This document shows, in pieces, positions 39,253 through 49,657 of a stretch of 64,000 nt of DNA (positions are counted from its first letter, which is position 1; each line of letters starts with the position of its first letter). The stretch is taken from NCBI GenBank assembly GCA_050953105.1, contig JBMNMA010000001.1, positions 235,917-299,916 of the forward strand, in the 5' to 3' direction. The position numbers were made by a program, and so were the translations under genes. The notes under the pieces are model-generated. The model was given only the letters and a program-made list of their open reading frames with translations, searched no databases and was not told the origin of the DNA. Origin of the DNA: Eubacteriales bacterium. Lineage in GTDB: Bacteria; Bacillota; Clostridia; Oscillospirales; CAG-382.

Positions 39253-39849
39253 CTATTTCTCACCCAAAGCTTTGAAAATCTGCTTTAAAAGCTCATCCCT
39301 GCCGATGGATTTAAGGGATGAATACATAACAATGCCGGCTCCTTCCCTTATTAAGGGGGAGGTTTTTATTTTGGTAATACATTCGTTAAGCTGGGTTTTA
39401 TTCAGCTTATCGCATTTGGTGCATACCACTACATAGGGAATGTTATAGTGGTTCATGTATTCAAGCATCATGGCGTCGTCGGGTGTTATGCCTACCTTGC
39501 TGTCCACAAGCTGAATAATAAGCTTTATAGCCTCGTTTTCGTTAAAATAGGCATTGGTAACCTCCGACCATCTGGCCTGATCCTCCTTTGGGCGTTTGGC
39601 AAAGCCGTAGCCGGGAAGGTCCACAAAAAAGGCCTTGCCGTCTATAAGATAATAATTTACCGTTATGGTCTTGCCGGGGGTTGAGGAAACCCGGGCAAGG
39701 CTTTTTCGCATTAGCAGAGAGTTTATAAGGGAGGATTTGCCCACGTTAGACCGCCCCGAAAAGGCAATCTGGGGATATCCCCCTTTTATATGCTGCTCTG
39801 CTGTTCCCGCAACCCGGGAAAGAGTAACATTGTTAAAATTAATGCTCAT
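39253..39849 (-). CDS. yihA: Ribosome biogenesis GTPase YihA/YsxC (EngB)
   Basis: GRSNVGKSSLIN, STPGKT, DLPGYG, TKCDK. Confidence 0.95.
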   Translation of the reverse strand: MSINFNNVTLSRVAGTAEQHIKGGYPQIAFSGRSNVGKSSLINSLLMRKSLARVSSTPGKTITVNYYLIDGKAFFVDLPGYGFAKRPKEDQARWSEVTNAYFNENEAIKLIIQLVDSKVGITPDDAMMLEYMNHYNIPYVVVCTKCDKLNKTQLNECITKIKTSPLIREGAGIVMYSSLKSIGRDELLKQIFKALGEK

Positions 39850-42182
39850 ATTTCCTTTTCCCTTAATGCAACCGAAAGCACTTCGTCGATTTTCGAAACG
39901 CCGATAAATTTAATGTTGGTTTTAATATCGTCGTCAAACTCTTCGATATCCTTAAGGTTATCCTTGGGGACAATCACCGTTTTAACTCCGGCTTTTAGCG
40001 CCGCCATGGATTTTTCCTTAAGTCCGCCAATGGGGAGGACACGGCCGGTGAGGGTTATTTCCCCCGTCATGGCAATGTTTTGCCTGACTTTGCGTCCCGA
40101 AAGTTCGGAAACAATGCCGGTGGCGATGGTTATGCCTGCCGAGGGGCCGTCCTTTGGGATTGCCCCTTCGGGAACATGGATATGTATGTCGTATTTCTTA
40201 TGGAAGTCTTCTTCTATACCCAATTCTGCGGCGTGTTTTCTTATATAGCTTACCGCCGCTTTGGCCGATTCCTTCATAACGTCGCCTAAGGAGCCGGTCA
40301 GCTCAAGAATTCCGTTGCCGGGCATTGAAAGGACTTCAATTCTCAACATTTCGCCCCCGAGCTGTGTCCAGGCAAGGCCGTTGACAATACCCCTTTCGTC
40401 TTCATCATAAATACGGTCGGGGAGGAACTTAATGGGGCCGAGCATTTTTTCCACTATGGCATCGTCAAGGACGAGGGATTTATATTCCCCCTCCACAATA
40501 CCCCTTGCGGTTTTACGGCAGATGGCGCCAAGTTCCCGTTCCAGGTTACGCACCCCCGACTCCTTGGTGTAGCCGTTTATTATAAGTGAAATGGCTTCGT
40601 CGGTGAATTTAAGGTTTGCCTTCTTAAGCCCGTGGCGCTTTAGCTGCTTGGGGATAAGATGGTTTTTGGCTATAGACACCTTTTCGCTTTCTGAATAGGA
40701 GTCCATTTCGATTATTTCCATTCTGTCAAGCAACGGCAGCGGAATAGTGGAGGTGGTGTTTGCGGTAGCGATGAAAATACATTCCGAAAGGTCAACGGGG
40801 ATTTCTATGAAATGGTCACGGAATGTCTTGTTCTGGTCAATGTCAAGCACCTCCAGCAGAGCCGAGGTGGGATCCCCGTGGGCGTCCTTGGTAAGCTTGT
40901 CAACCTCGTCAAGCAGTATTACCGGGTTGGAGGTGCCGGCAAGCTTAAGGGCGTTGATTATACGTCCCGGCATAGAGCCGATATAGGTTTTGCGGTGGCC
41001 TCTTATTTCTGCCTCGTCCCTTATGCCGCCTAAGGAAATGCGGACATACTTGCGGTTGGTGGCTCTGGCAATTGACTTGGCAATAGAGGTCTTACCCACC
41101 CCCGGAGGGCCCACAAGGCAGAGTATCTGCCCCGAAAGGTCGGGAGCAAGCTGTTTTACCGCAATAAATTCAAGAATACGTTCCTTTACTTTGGTCAGAC
41201 CGTCGTGGTCTTCGTCAAGCACCTTTTTGGCTTTTTTAATGTCCGGGTCCTTTTTGGACATTTTGTTCCAGGGCAGTTCAAGACAGGTTTCTATGTAGTT
41301 TTTTATAACCGTGGCTTCAGGTGAGCCGAACTGCATTTTCTGGAGCTTGCGGTTTTCTTCAAGAAGCTTTTCTTCCACCGCTTTGGGGAGCTTTTTAGCC
41401 TTTATTTTAGCCCCGTATTCGTCCTCATTTTCGTAGTCGCTGCCTATTCCCAGCTCGTTTTCAATGGTGCGAAGCTGTTCACGCAGGTACATTTCCTTTT
41501 GTGTTTTGGTAAGGCGGGACCTCACTTTGCTTTGGATTGTCCCTTCAAGCTCCATTATTTCGATTTCATGGGTGAGTATGTCAAGAAGTATGTCAAGCCG
41601 CTTTACGGGGTTTATCTCCTCGAGCACCTTCTGCTTGTCCTGGAATTTAACCAAAAAGGCAGAGGCTATGCAGTCCGAAAAGACACCGGGGTCCTCGATG
41701 GTTCTTGCCTCGTCAAGGATTTCCTTTGAGGGACGGGAAAAGTATTGAAGATAGGTTCCCAGCGCCGCAAAGACGGTGGCAATTTTCTTTTTAACCTCGT
41801 AATAGTCGTCCTCGTATTCGATGTCCTTAACCACCACGTCGGCATAGAGGGTTTCGTTTTCGTTGTTTAGACCGATTATTTCCCCCCGCCTTAACCCTTC
41901 CACCATAACCTGATAGTTACCGTTGGGAAGCCTGAAGACGTGCTTTAAGGTTGCCACAACACCAACCTTATACAGGTCGTTAAGCTCCGGCACCTCCACG
42001 GCTATGTCCTTTTGGGTTACAAGGAAAAGTTCAGCCTTGTTTTCTTCGGCAAGCTTTACGGCTTTAACCGAAAGTTTTCTTGATATTTCAAATGTGGTCA
42101 TTATCCCCGGGAAAATAACCACTCCCCGGAGAGGAATTGTAAGCAATGTTTTGTTTTCTACCGATTTAATTACCGATGTCAT
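39846..42182 (-). CDS. lon: ATP-dependent protease La
   Basis: GPPGVGKTS, GHRKTYIGSMPG, PKDGPSAG, PIGGLKEK. Confidence 0.97.
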   Translation of the reverse strand: MTSVIKSVENKTLLTIPLRGVVIFPGIMTTFEISRKLSVKAVKLAEENKAELFLVTQKDIAVEVPELNDLYKVGVVATLKHVFRLPNGNYQVMVEGLRRGEIIGLNNENETLYADVVVKDIEYEDDYYEVKKKIATVFAALGTYLQYFSRPSKEILDEARTIEDPGVFSDCIASAFLVKFQDKQKVLEEINPVKRLDILLDILTHEIEIMELEGTIQSKVRSRLTKTQKEMYLREQLRTIENELGIGSDYENEDEYGAKIKAKKLPKAVEEKLLEENRKLQKMQFGSPEATVIKNYIETCLELPWNKMSKKDPDIKKAKKVLDEDHDGLTKVKERILEFIAVKQLAPDLSGQILCLVGPPGVGKTSIAKSIARATNRKYVRISLGGIRDEAEIRGHRKTYIGSMPGRIINALKLAGTSNPVILLDEVDKLTKDAHGDPTSALLEVLDIDQNKTFRDHFIEIPVDLSECIFIATANTTSTIPLPLLDRMEIIEMDSYSESEKVSIAKNHLIPKQLKRHGLKKANLKFTDEAISLIINGYTKESGVRNLERELGAICRKTARGIVEGEYKSLVLDDAIVEKMLGPIKFLPDRIYDEDERGIVNGLAWTQLGGEMLRIEVLSMPGNGILELTGSLGDVMKESAKAAVSYIRKHAAELGIEEDFHKKYDIHIHVPEGAIPKDGPSAGITIATGIVSELSGRKVRQNIAMTGEITLTGRVLPIGGLKEKSMAALKAGVKTVIVPKDNLKDIEEFDDDIKTNIKFIGVSKIDEVLSVALREKEI

Positions 42183-42213
42183 CTGGTTCTCCGTTAATTT
42201 TCTTTTGGGGGTT

Positions 42214-43170
42214 TTACAACCCTAGCATTGCCGCCCCCACAATACCCGCATCGTTGCCTAGGGCGGCCTTGACTATTTTGGTCTGCTTGTCGCCGTTGCG
42301 GGAATATTGCTCTTTTTCTATTATTTTTCTGACGTTGTCAAGAAGATAGTCGCCTTCTTTACTTACTCCCCCGCCTATGGTTATTACCTCCGGCTGGAGG
42401 AGGTTGATAAGGTTGGTAAGCCCTAAGGCAAGATAGTGTGTCCACTTGTCTATTGCCTTAATGGCGGCCACATCCCCCTGCCGCTTTGCGTCAAAGGGGA
42501 TTTTGGCGTTAACCTCCGACAGGTTGTTGTTGCATAATTTCCACATAACCGATTCGGGGTGGTTGGCCATTTCCTCCCGTGCCATGCGTATAAGGGCGGT
42601 GGCGGAGGCTAGCTTTTCCCAGCAGCCCTTCCGTCCGCACTGGCATTCGGGGCCGTCGGGGATTATAACCATATGTCCCACCTCGGCAGCGGCGAAGTTA
42701 AAGCCGGTATACAGCTTTCCGTCAATTATAAAGCCGCCGCCTATGCCGGTGCCTATGGTTATCATAATGGAGTTTTTGCTCCCCTTTGCCATACCTACGG
42801 CAGCTTCGCCCTTTGCCGCCGCATTGGCGTCGTTTTCAATATATACCTTTTTTATACCGGTCAGTTCTGAAATTTTTGCGGCCAGCGGATAGTTAAGAAA
42901 GGGAATGGAGGAACAGTATATCATTATTCCTCTTTCGCAGTCGGCCTGCCCCGGTGCGGCTACGCCGGCATACTCAATGTCGGCCACCGTGAGTCCGGCG
43001 TCGGCAATAACCTTTAAGGCAACTTCCGCCATCCGGGAAGCCACATGGTCAACCCCTTCGGGAAGTTCGGTTTCTATTGAGTCTTTGCGGATAATGTTTC
43101 CCTTTTCGTCCACAACGCCCGCTTTAATAAAGGTTCCGCCTAAATCAATGCCAAGATAATACATTTTCAT
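42214..43170 (-). CDS. ROK-family glucokinase
   Basis: GIDLGGT, ENDANAAA, GTGIGGG, EVGH..CQCGRKGCWE. Confidence 0.92.
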   Translation of the reverse strand: MKMYYLGIDLGGTFIKAGVVDEKGNIIRKDSIETELPEGVDHVASRMAEVALKVIADAGLTVADIEYAGVAAPGQADCERGIMIYCSSIPFLNYPLAAKISELTGIKKVYIENDANAAAKGEAAVGMAKGSKNSIMITIGTGIGGGFIIDGKLYTGFNFAAAEVGHMVIIPDGPECQCGRKGCWEKLASATALIRMAREEMANHPESVMWKLCNNNLSEVNAKIPFDAKRQGDVAAIKAIDKWTHYLALGLTNLINLLQPEVITIGGGVSKEGDYLLDNVRKIIEKEQYSRNGDKQTKIVKAALGNDAGIVGAAMLGL

Positions 43171-44104
43171 CCTCCCCGATGTCCATTTCTTCCAAGCGTT
43201 TCATAAATTCCTTAGCGGTATCGTAGCCCATCTTTTTCTGCCGGTGGTTCATTGCGGCAATTTCAATTATAACCGCAAGGTTTCTGCCCGGCTTGACAGG
43301 CACGGTTATGGAGGGAACTGCTATGCCCAGTATTACCTCGGTTTCGGTTGTTAAGCCTATCCGTTCGTAATCCTTGCCCGGCACCCAGTTTTCGAATTTT
43401 ATGACCAAATCGATTTTTTCGGTTTCCTTAACGGCGCCAACACCGAAAATGCGCTTGACGTCCACAATGCCTATACCCCTAAGCTCGATATAATGCTTTA
43501 TTGTTTCGGGAGCGGAGCCGAGTAGGGTTATGGCCGACACCTTTTTAATAACCACCGCATCGTCGGCAATAAAGCGGTGTCCCCGCTTTACCAGCTCTAT
43601 GGCGGTTTCGGACTTGCCAATTCCGCTGTCGCCTAAAATAAGTATGCCTTCGCCGTAAACTTCAACCATTACCCCGTGGGTGGTTATACGCTCGGCAAGC
43701 TCTACGTTAAGATATGAAGTCAATGCCGCAGTAAAGGCGGAGGTGGCATCTTTTGTTCTGAGTACGGGGGTGTTATACACTTCGGCAAGTTCTAAAAGTT
43801 CGGGGAAAACGGGAAGGTTGGTGGTGATTATAAGCGCCACGATATGGTGCTGGAGCAGCTGCTCTATGGCATTACGCCTTTCGTCGGGGGAAAGGCCTTC
43901 CAGATAGCCGTTTTCCATGTTGCCGATAAGCTGAATCCGCTCGTTTTCAAAGTGTTTGAAAAACCCTGCCAGGGGAAGTCCCGGACGGGACAGGTCGGCC
44001 CGGGAAACATAGATTTCATTTATATTTTTGGGCTTATAGATGTATTCAAGCGAAAATTTATCGGCTACGGCGGTAAGCTTAACCTTGTAATTCAGACTTC
44101 TCAT
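43145..44104 (-). CDS. hprK: HPr(Ser) kinase/phosphorylase
   Basis: GDSGIGKSETAIELVKRGHRFIADDAV, IELRGIGIVDV, PGRNLAVIIE. Confidence 0.97.
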   Translation of the reverse strand: MRSLNYKVKLTAVADKFSLEYIYKPKNINEIYVSRADLSRPGLPLAGFFKHFENERIQLIGNMENGYLEGLSPDERRNAIEQLLQHHIVALIITTNLPVFPELLELAEVYNTPVLRTKDATSAFTAALTSYLNVELAERITTHGVMVEVYGEGILILGDSGIGKSETAIELVKRGHRFIADDAVVIKKVSAITLLGSAPETIKHYIELRGIGIVDVKRIFGVGAVKETEKIDLVIKFENWVPGKDYERIGLTTETEVILGIAVPSITVPVKPGRNLAVIIEIAAMNHRQKKMGYDTAKEFMKRLEEMDIGEDENVLSWH

Positions 44105-44834
44105 TGTCTTCCCCCTTGTATTCAAGCGTCTTTATCTGCTTTTTTTGCAGTTTATAATACTTGTTCCAATATTCATATTCACCCCAATAAAGAGAGGCTA
44201 TAAGCAGGACAAGAACGGTGAGGGGAATTACCAGATATAAAAATAAAACTGCCGGATTTTTCCCCACCACAAGGTCTTTGAAAACATCAAGGATTTCGTC
44301 CTTATTATAGTAAACTTTGTAATTAATTTTTTTAAACTTCATCGCCCACGCTAAATTGTATGTGAGTAACCCCGAAAAAAAGGATAACACCGCTGTCCAG
44401 AAAAGGGACAACGAAAGAAATCTTTTCCTCATTCTGCCTATAGCACCCATATCCTTGGCGGGGGGGATTTCCCCTTCGGCGGCAAAATAGGAAAAACAGT
44501 ATTTGGACGAGCAGAAGGTCAGATTGTCATTTTCGCATTTTTGTTTTATATATTCCTGATTTTCTTCGCTTTCAGGGGCGGAATTTAACCATTCCACCGA
44601 GTAGGACCAAACCTTGTCGGTTTTTTTGAAAACATAGGTAAAGGGATAGGTTTTAACAAGAAACAGCCCTTTTTTGCCCATTTTGTTTAAAAACTTTTCG
44701 GTGCTCTTTACGCCAAAAATGGTACGCATCTTTATGATAGTGGGTGTATTTTCGGTTATGTTCACCCTGTTAACATTGGTTTCTGTTTGGACTTGGGAAA
44801 GGTCGGCTTCAAAATTATTGTCGTTTAAAGTCAT
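44079..44834 (-). CDS. DUF2812-like membrane protein
   Basis: EKFLNKMGKKGLFL..YVFKK pattern and two C-terminal TM helices. Confidence 0.6.
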   Translation of the reverse strand: MTLNDNNFEADLSQVQTETNVNRVNITENTPTIIKMRTIFGVKSTEKFLNKMGKKGLFLVKTYPFTYVFKKTDKVWSYSVEWLNSAPESEENQEYIKQKCENDNLTFCSSKYCFSYFAAEGEIPPAKDMGAIGRMRKRFLSLSLFWTAVLSFFSGLLTYNLAWAMKFKKINYKVYYNKDEILDVFKDLVVGKNPAVLFLYLVIPLTVLVLLIASLYWGEYEYWNKYYKLQKKQIKTLEYKGEDNEKSELQG

Positions 44835-44912
44835 AGCCAGATGCTACCCCCTGATTTTTTTACGAATGTAAATTTTGCTTTTCATCCGTCGGGAAGGATA
44901 ATTTATAAAAAG

Positions 44913-44941
44913 ATTATACCCCATACCGACTTTATTGTCAA
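44913..44941 (-). promoter_or_regulatory. Perfect-consensus sigma-A promoter for the DUF2812-hprK-glk-lon-yihA run
   Basis: Minus strand TTGACA-17 nt-TATAAT. Confidence 0.8.
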
Positions 44942-44981
44942 TCAGCAGTTTGTGGTATAAAATATAAAGAAATCCTGTAAA

Positions 44982-45980
44982 TCAGCCATTATCTGAGCCG
45001 TAGGACTCCATTACACACTTGGTATGGTTAATAAACATTTGGGCCACATTGTCGGGGGATAAAATTTTTATCCTGTCCCCGAAACCGAATATCCAGGAAA
45101 AGAAGGTGGGGGATATGGCCACATTGACATTTATTATAAAGTATTCACCGCCGGCGTTGAAAAAGGCGGTGTCCTTGCCGAAGGTGTCTATAACCACACC
45201 GGCAAGGGAGGAATGACACCTTAATGTTACCATTTCCCTTTCGCCCCCGAACATTCCGAAAACCTGCTTGGAATAAAGGCCTACGTCAAAGTTGCCGAAA
45301 TTTTCGCCCCCGTCACGCACCTCGTCAAGCATTTTTACGTTGGCCATCTTGTCCACCCTAAAGTGCTTTATAAGGGATGCCGCCGAGTCATAGCCTATCA
45401 TATAGTAGTTTTCGTCGTCCCAGGTCATGGCCCAGGGGGAGATGACATACACTGCTCCGTCATGGCGAAAGCGCTTTTCCTTGTTTATCGTCCATTCGTA
45501 ATATTTAAAGGATATTTTTTTGTTTTCGTTTATCGCCTCGTGGACGGCGTCCACATTTATGTAAACCTCCTCGTTGAAGGTTTTTATACGGTTGGTTACA
45601 TAAACCTGACGGTTAAGCTGCCGGCGCTCATAGATGCTGGTTAGCGAGGACAGCTTTTCAATAAGTTCGGTTGATTTCTTTTTGGTAATAAACTTTGACG
45701 ACTGAACCGCATCCACCAGCAGCTTTAGCTCGGGAAGCCGGAAGGTGCGGTTGGCTATATAGTAGGAAACCTTGTCATCCCGCTTTACCTCCACCTCCAC
45801 CCCGAAGGAGCGAAGGTTTTCAAAATCGGCATAAAGGCTTTTCCGTTCGGCGGAAATGCCGTAGCTTTCAAGGTGGGATTGAATTTCGGTTAAAGTTATC
45901 GCATGGGTGTCGTCGGTGTATTCGTTTAATATTTTAAGCAGGTAAAGCAGTTTCAGCTTTTGGTTACCCGAGCGGGGCAT
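44982..45980 (-). CDS. WYL-domain transcriptional regulator (wHTH-WYL-WCX)
   Basis: N-terminal wHTH (AERKSLYADFENL), ISPWAMTWDDENYYMIG, HFRVDKM, FFSWIFGFG. Confidence 0.9.
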   Translation of the reverse strand: MPRSGNQKLKLLYLLKILNEYTDDTHAITLTEIQSHLESYGISAERKSLYADFENLRSFGVEVEVKRDDKVSYYIANRTFRLPELKLLVDAVQSSKFITKKKSTELIEKLSSLTSIYERRQLNRQVYVTNRIKTFNEEVYINVDAVHEAINENKKISFKYYEWTINKEKRFRHDGAVYVISPWAMTWDDENYYMIGYDSAASLIKHFRVDKMANVKMLDEVRDGGENFGNFDVGLYSKQVFGMFGGEREMVTLRCHSSLAGVVIDTFGKDTAFFNAGGEYFIINVNVAISPTFFSWIFGFGDRIKILSPDNVAQMFINHTKCVMESYGSDNG

Positions 45981-46081
45981 AAAAAACCTCCCTTATATAT
46001 AGGAATACAGTTCTTATTTAATTATAGACAAAATTTTCCTTAAATCAACCTGTTTTGATTACAAATCCATGTGTAAATATT

Positions 46082-46147
46082 AAAAAGCAGACACATGTCT
46101 GCTTTTTTACGGTAATTATATGTTTTCCCGCAGCGTATTCTGCGGGA
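46082..46147. terminator. Two adjacent hairpins downstream of the 46168 gene
   Basis: AAAAAGCAGACA-ca-TGTCTGCTTTTT and TCCCGCAG..CTGCGGGA. Confidence 0.6.
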
Positions 46148-46167
46148 TAAGCTTGCCTTAATTGATA

Positions 46168-46593
46168 TTAGTCATTATAACGGCCTTCGCATGACAGGCA
46201 AATAATGAAGCTGATAAGCTCGGTTATCATAAAGGCAAAGAAGAAGGCTAAAATGGCTACGAAAATCTGGACTAAGAGGGATGAGGTGACGATGGCAATG
46301 GAAATAATGATTATTGCCGAAATTATCGTGCCGATAATTCCCGTCAGCAGACAGGCTGCATGCTGTCTTAGACATTTGAGCAATACACCGCAATGGCTGC
46401 AACCGGCGGCCAATGCAGCGGCAAACAGAAGTCCAAGGGCCACAACGGCTATTGCCAGAGCAGCCCAGGCTGCCAGCACAATGTTGGGGATAAGGGCGAA
46501 GGCGAATAAAACGCCAACCGCTATACCGAACAGAATGCCTACAAACACCGCAAGACCGCAGCTTGCACCGCACTTGTTTTCGCAACAGCTCAT
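46168..46593 (-). CDS. Small Cys-rich 4-TM membrane protein, possibly sporulation-associated
   Basis: MSCCENKCGASCG...; AAAGGAGG RBS; CATATACTG -10 upstream. Confidence 0.7.
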   Translation of the reverse strand: MSCCENKCGASCGLAVFVGILFGIAVGVLFAFALIPNIVLAAWAALAIAVVALGLLFAAALAAGCSHCGVLLKCLRQHAACLLTGIIGTIISAIIIISIAIVTSSLLVQIFVAILAFFFAFMITELISFIICLSCEGRYND

Positions 46594-46692
46594 GGGAAAT
46601 CCTCCTTTACCGTATATTGAGTATATTCCACTCGATACAGTATATGAGCGTTGCGACATTTTGTGATAATTTTCGACAATTTACACTACCGC

Positions 46693-47334
46693 CTAATACA
46701 TTCCGTCTGGGTACATAACAGTTTCAAGAGGGGGCTCCCCGTCCACAAACCCTAAGGCGAAAACTGAACTTATTGTCCCCGGCATAAGGGTGAGGTTTTG
46801 GATCGTATACAATACATTATCGCCCCCAAGAGGTTTAAGCACAACGGTGTAGGATCCGGGAGGAACGGTTATGTATTTGGAATAATCCATAAAAGCAATA
46901 TCGGTAAGGATTTTTGTTCCGTCGGGAAGGTAAACGTCCAACGCAGGGGAGTCGGGGGACAGATTGACAAATCGGACATAGGAGGAGCGTTTGTCGATAA
47001 TGGGCATGTAAACCTCTTTTATGGGGAAAAGAGAAAGTCGCCCCGGCTCACCCACTCCGGCTATGGTCTGAGATGTTTCGGGGGCAATGCTTATAGATGA
47101 ACAGATTAACGGGTTGGAGGTTCTGCCCGTCTGAAAAACCTGTATATTGTAGCTGCCGGGATTTACCGGAACATAAACGGTTATCTGCCCATAGGTTAAC
47201 CCCTGAGCCACCATATTGCCGTTGGCATACACATCAACGGCGGGCGTCCCCGGCGCTGCATGGAAAAGCCGGACATAGGGGTCGGAGCTTATTATTGTTG
47301 TTTTAAATCTGGGCCATCCGCCTGGATTGTTCAA
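46693..47334 (-). CDS. DUF4397-domain protein (two repeated beta domains)
   Basis: YVRLFHAAPGTPAVDVY and YVRFVNLSPDSPALDVY; TTG start after GAGGTGA. Confidence 0.85.
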   Translation of the reverse strand: MNNPGGWPRFKTTIISSDPYVRLFHAAPGTPAVDVYANGNMVAQGLTYGQITVYVPVNPGSYNIQVFQTGRTSNPLICSSISIAPETSQTIAGVGEPGRLSLFPIKEVYMPIIDKRSSYVRFVNLSPDSPALDVYLPDGTKILTDIAFMDYSKYITVPPGSYTVVLKPLGGDNVLYTIQNLTLMPGTISSVFALGFVDGEPPLETVMYPDGMY

Positions 47335-47461
47335 AAAAATCACCTCATTTTTATAAATCATTATAATTATATGATTCATATTAAAAAAATTATCCGCTTT
47401 TTATGTTTTAACCGGTGGTTTTGTATTGAACAACCTATATATTTTCTTGCACATAAATTAT

Positions 47462-47502
47462 AAACGGCATGGCAGGTTTTTTAACCTGCCATGCCGTTTT
47501 TT
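47462..47502 (-). terminator. Terminator of tex
   Basis: AAACGGCATGGCAGGTT-tttt-AACCTGCCATGCCGTTT perfect inverted repeat. Confidence 0.75.
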
Positions 47503-47503
47503 A

Positions 47504-49657
47504 CTATTGTGCTTTGGGTTTTTTCATTGTAAGGGATATTCTTCCCTTTTTAACGTCGGCGGATAAAACGTAAACCGTTATTATGTCTCCCACCTTAAGC
47601 GCCTCCGAGGGGTGGCGGATAAAGTTTTCGGAAATCTGTGTTACATGCACCAGACCATCCTGGTGGACACCTATGTCAACAAAGGCGCCGAAGTCGGTTA
47701 CGTTCCTAACCGTGCCGGTAATCTCCATGCCCGGCTTTAAATCCTCAATCCCCATAACGTCGGTGCGGAGCATGGGGGGAGGCAGTTCGTCTCTGGGGTC
47801 CCTGCCGGGGCGTTCAAGCTCCTTAATAATATCAATGAGAGTGGGTTCGCCCACTTCCAGCTCAAGGGCCAATGCGGATGTTCCGACAGTTTCAACCTTT
47901 ACCGAAAGGCCGGATATCTGTCCTTTTGCAATATCGGTTTCGGTATATCCGAAACGCTTTAACAGCTTTTCGGCGGCCTTGTAGCTTTCAGGATGGACTG
48001 CCGTGCGGTCAAGGTAGTTTGAGCTGTCGGGAACCCGTAAAAAGCCGGCGCACTGCTCAAAGGCCTTGGGGCCTAATTTGGGAACCTTTTTAAGCTCATT
48101 CCGTGACATGAACCTGCCGTTTTGCTCTCGGTATAACACAATGTTTTTGGCGATAGCCGAATTTATGCCGGCAATTCTTGAAAGGAGGGGGATTGATGCG
48201 GTGTTAAGGTCTGCACCTACCGAGTTGACGCAGTCCTCCACCACCCCGTCAAGGGCTTCGCCAAGCTGCTTTTGGGGCATATCGTGCTGATACTGGCCAA
48301 CACCTATGGCTTTGGGATCAATTTTAACCAATTCTGCAAGGGGGTCCTGAAGCCTGCGGGCAATGGACACGGCAGAACGCAGAGTTACGTCGTAGTCGGG
48401 GAACTCCTCCTGGGCTATTTTTGACGCCGAATAAACAGATGCCCCTGCCTCGCTAACCACCATATAGGACACCTTGCCGTCTCTTTCCTTTACAAGGTCT
48501 GAAGCGAAGATTTCGGTCTCCCTGGAGGCGGTGCCGTTGCCTATGGCTATTACCGATACGTTGTATTTGTCTATAAATTTATTTATAACCGTCCTTGCCT
48601 CGGCAATTTTATTATGGGGGGGAACGGGATAAATGACGCCTGTGTCAAGCACCTTGCCAGTTTCATCCACCACCGCCACCTTGCAGCCGGTACGGTATCC
48701 CGGGTCAAGGCCTATTGTTACCCGGTTTCTAACGGGGGGCTGCATAAGGAGCTGCCGGGTGTTCTGGGCGAACACCTTAATGGCGGCGGTGCTTGCCTTT
48801 TCGGTAAGCTCGTTTCTGATCTCCCGTTCTATTGAGGGGAAAATAAGCCGGTCATAGGCGTCGGTTGCCGCATTTATAACCATCTGTCCGGCTTGGCCGT
48901 TGGATTTTACATGAATATTTTCAAGGATTTTTATCGCTCTGGTTTTATCGAATTCAATGGATATTTTAAGGAATTCCTCTTTTTCGCCCCGGTTCATGGC
49001 AAGGATGCGGTGGCCGGGAACCTTGGATATGGGTTCCACCCGGTCGGCATACATTTCGTAAACACCCAAATCATCCTTTGCTCCGGCAGAGCGGATAAAA
49101 CCGTTGTGGAAGCAGACGTAGCGGATACGTTTTCTTCCCTCTGCATCGTCTGATATGGTTTCGGCAACAATGTCAAGAGCACCCTGTATGGCATCTTCGG
49201 CGGATAATACACCCTTTTCCTCGTCAATAAAAGTGGCGGCATAGGCGGTGTAATCCATGTTTTCTTCCTGGGCGTAGATGGCGTTTGCCAGCGGTTCAAG
49301 CCCCTTTTCTTTGGCTATTGTAGCCCTTGTCCTCCGCTTGGGGCGGTAGGGGCGGTAGATGTCCTCTATTTCGGTTAATGTAACTGCATCGTCAAGGGCC
49401 TTGGAAATTTCCTCGGTAAGCTTGCCCTGCTCGTCGATGGCGGCCCTAACCTTTTCCCGCTGTTCGTTTAAGGAACGAAGGTAGTTAAGCCTGTCGAACA
49501 TGTCACGCAATGTGGCATCGTCAAGGGAGCCGGTGACCTCCTTACGGTAGCGGGCTATAAAGGGGAGGGTGTTCCCTTCGTCGATAAGCTTGACGGCGGC
49601 CTCAACCTGCCATTGCTTGATTTTAAGTTCCTGTGTCAGGGTTAGAATAATGTCCAT
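47504..49657 (-). CDS. tex: Tex RNA-binding transcriptional accessory protein
   Basis: PFIARYRKE, GLDPGYRTGCK, IGNGTASRE, IGVGQYQHD, C-terminal S1 domain. Confidence 0.96.
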   Translation of the reverse strand: MDIILTLTQELKIKQWQVEAAVKLIDEGNTLPFIARYRKEVTGSLDDATLRDMFDRLNYLRSLNEQREKVRAAIDEQGKLTEEISKALDDAVTLTEIEDIYRPYRPKRRTRATIAKEKGLEPLANAIYAQEENMDYTAYAATFIDEEKGVLSAEDAIQGALDIVAETISDDAEGRKRIRYVCFHNGFIRSAGAKDDLGVYEMYADRVEPISKVPGHRILAMNRGEKEEFLKISIEFDKTRAIKILENIHVKSNGQAGQMVINAATDAYDRLIFPSIEREIRNELTEKASTAAIKVFAQNTRQLLMQPPVRNRVTIGLDPGYRTGCKVAVVDETGKVLDTGVIYPVPPHNKIAEARTVINKFIDKYNVSVIAIGNGTASRETEIFASDLVKERDGKVSYMVVSEAGASVYSASKIAQEEFPDYDVTLRSAVSIARRLQDPLAELVKIDPKAIGVGQYQHDMPQKQLGEALDGVVEDCVNSVGADLNTASIPLLSRIAGINSAIAKNIVLYREQNGRFMSRNELKKVPKLGPKAFEQCAGFLRVPDSSNYLDRTAVHPESYKAAEKLLKRFGYTETDIAKGQISGLSVKVETVGTSALALELEVGEPTLIDIIKELERPGRDPRDELPPPMLRTDVMGIEDLKPGMEITGTVRNVTDFGAFVDIGVHQDGLVHVTQISENFIRHPSEALKVGDIITVYVLSADVKKGRISLTMKKPKAQ

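Noticed and set aside
44982-45980. WYL gene as the marker of a defence island
   Set aside because: Neighbours are housekeeping or sporulation-type genes; no nuclease, helicase or methyltransferase nearby
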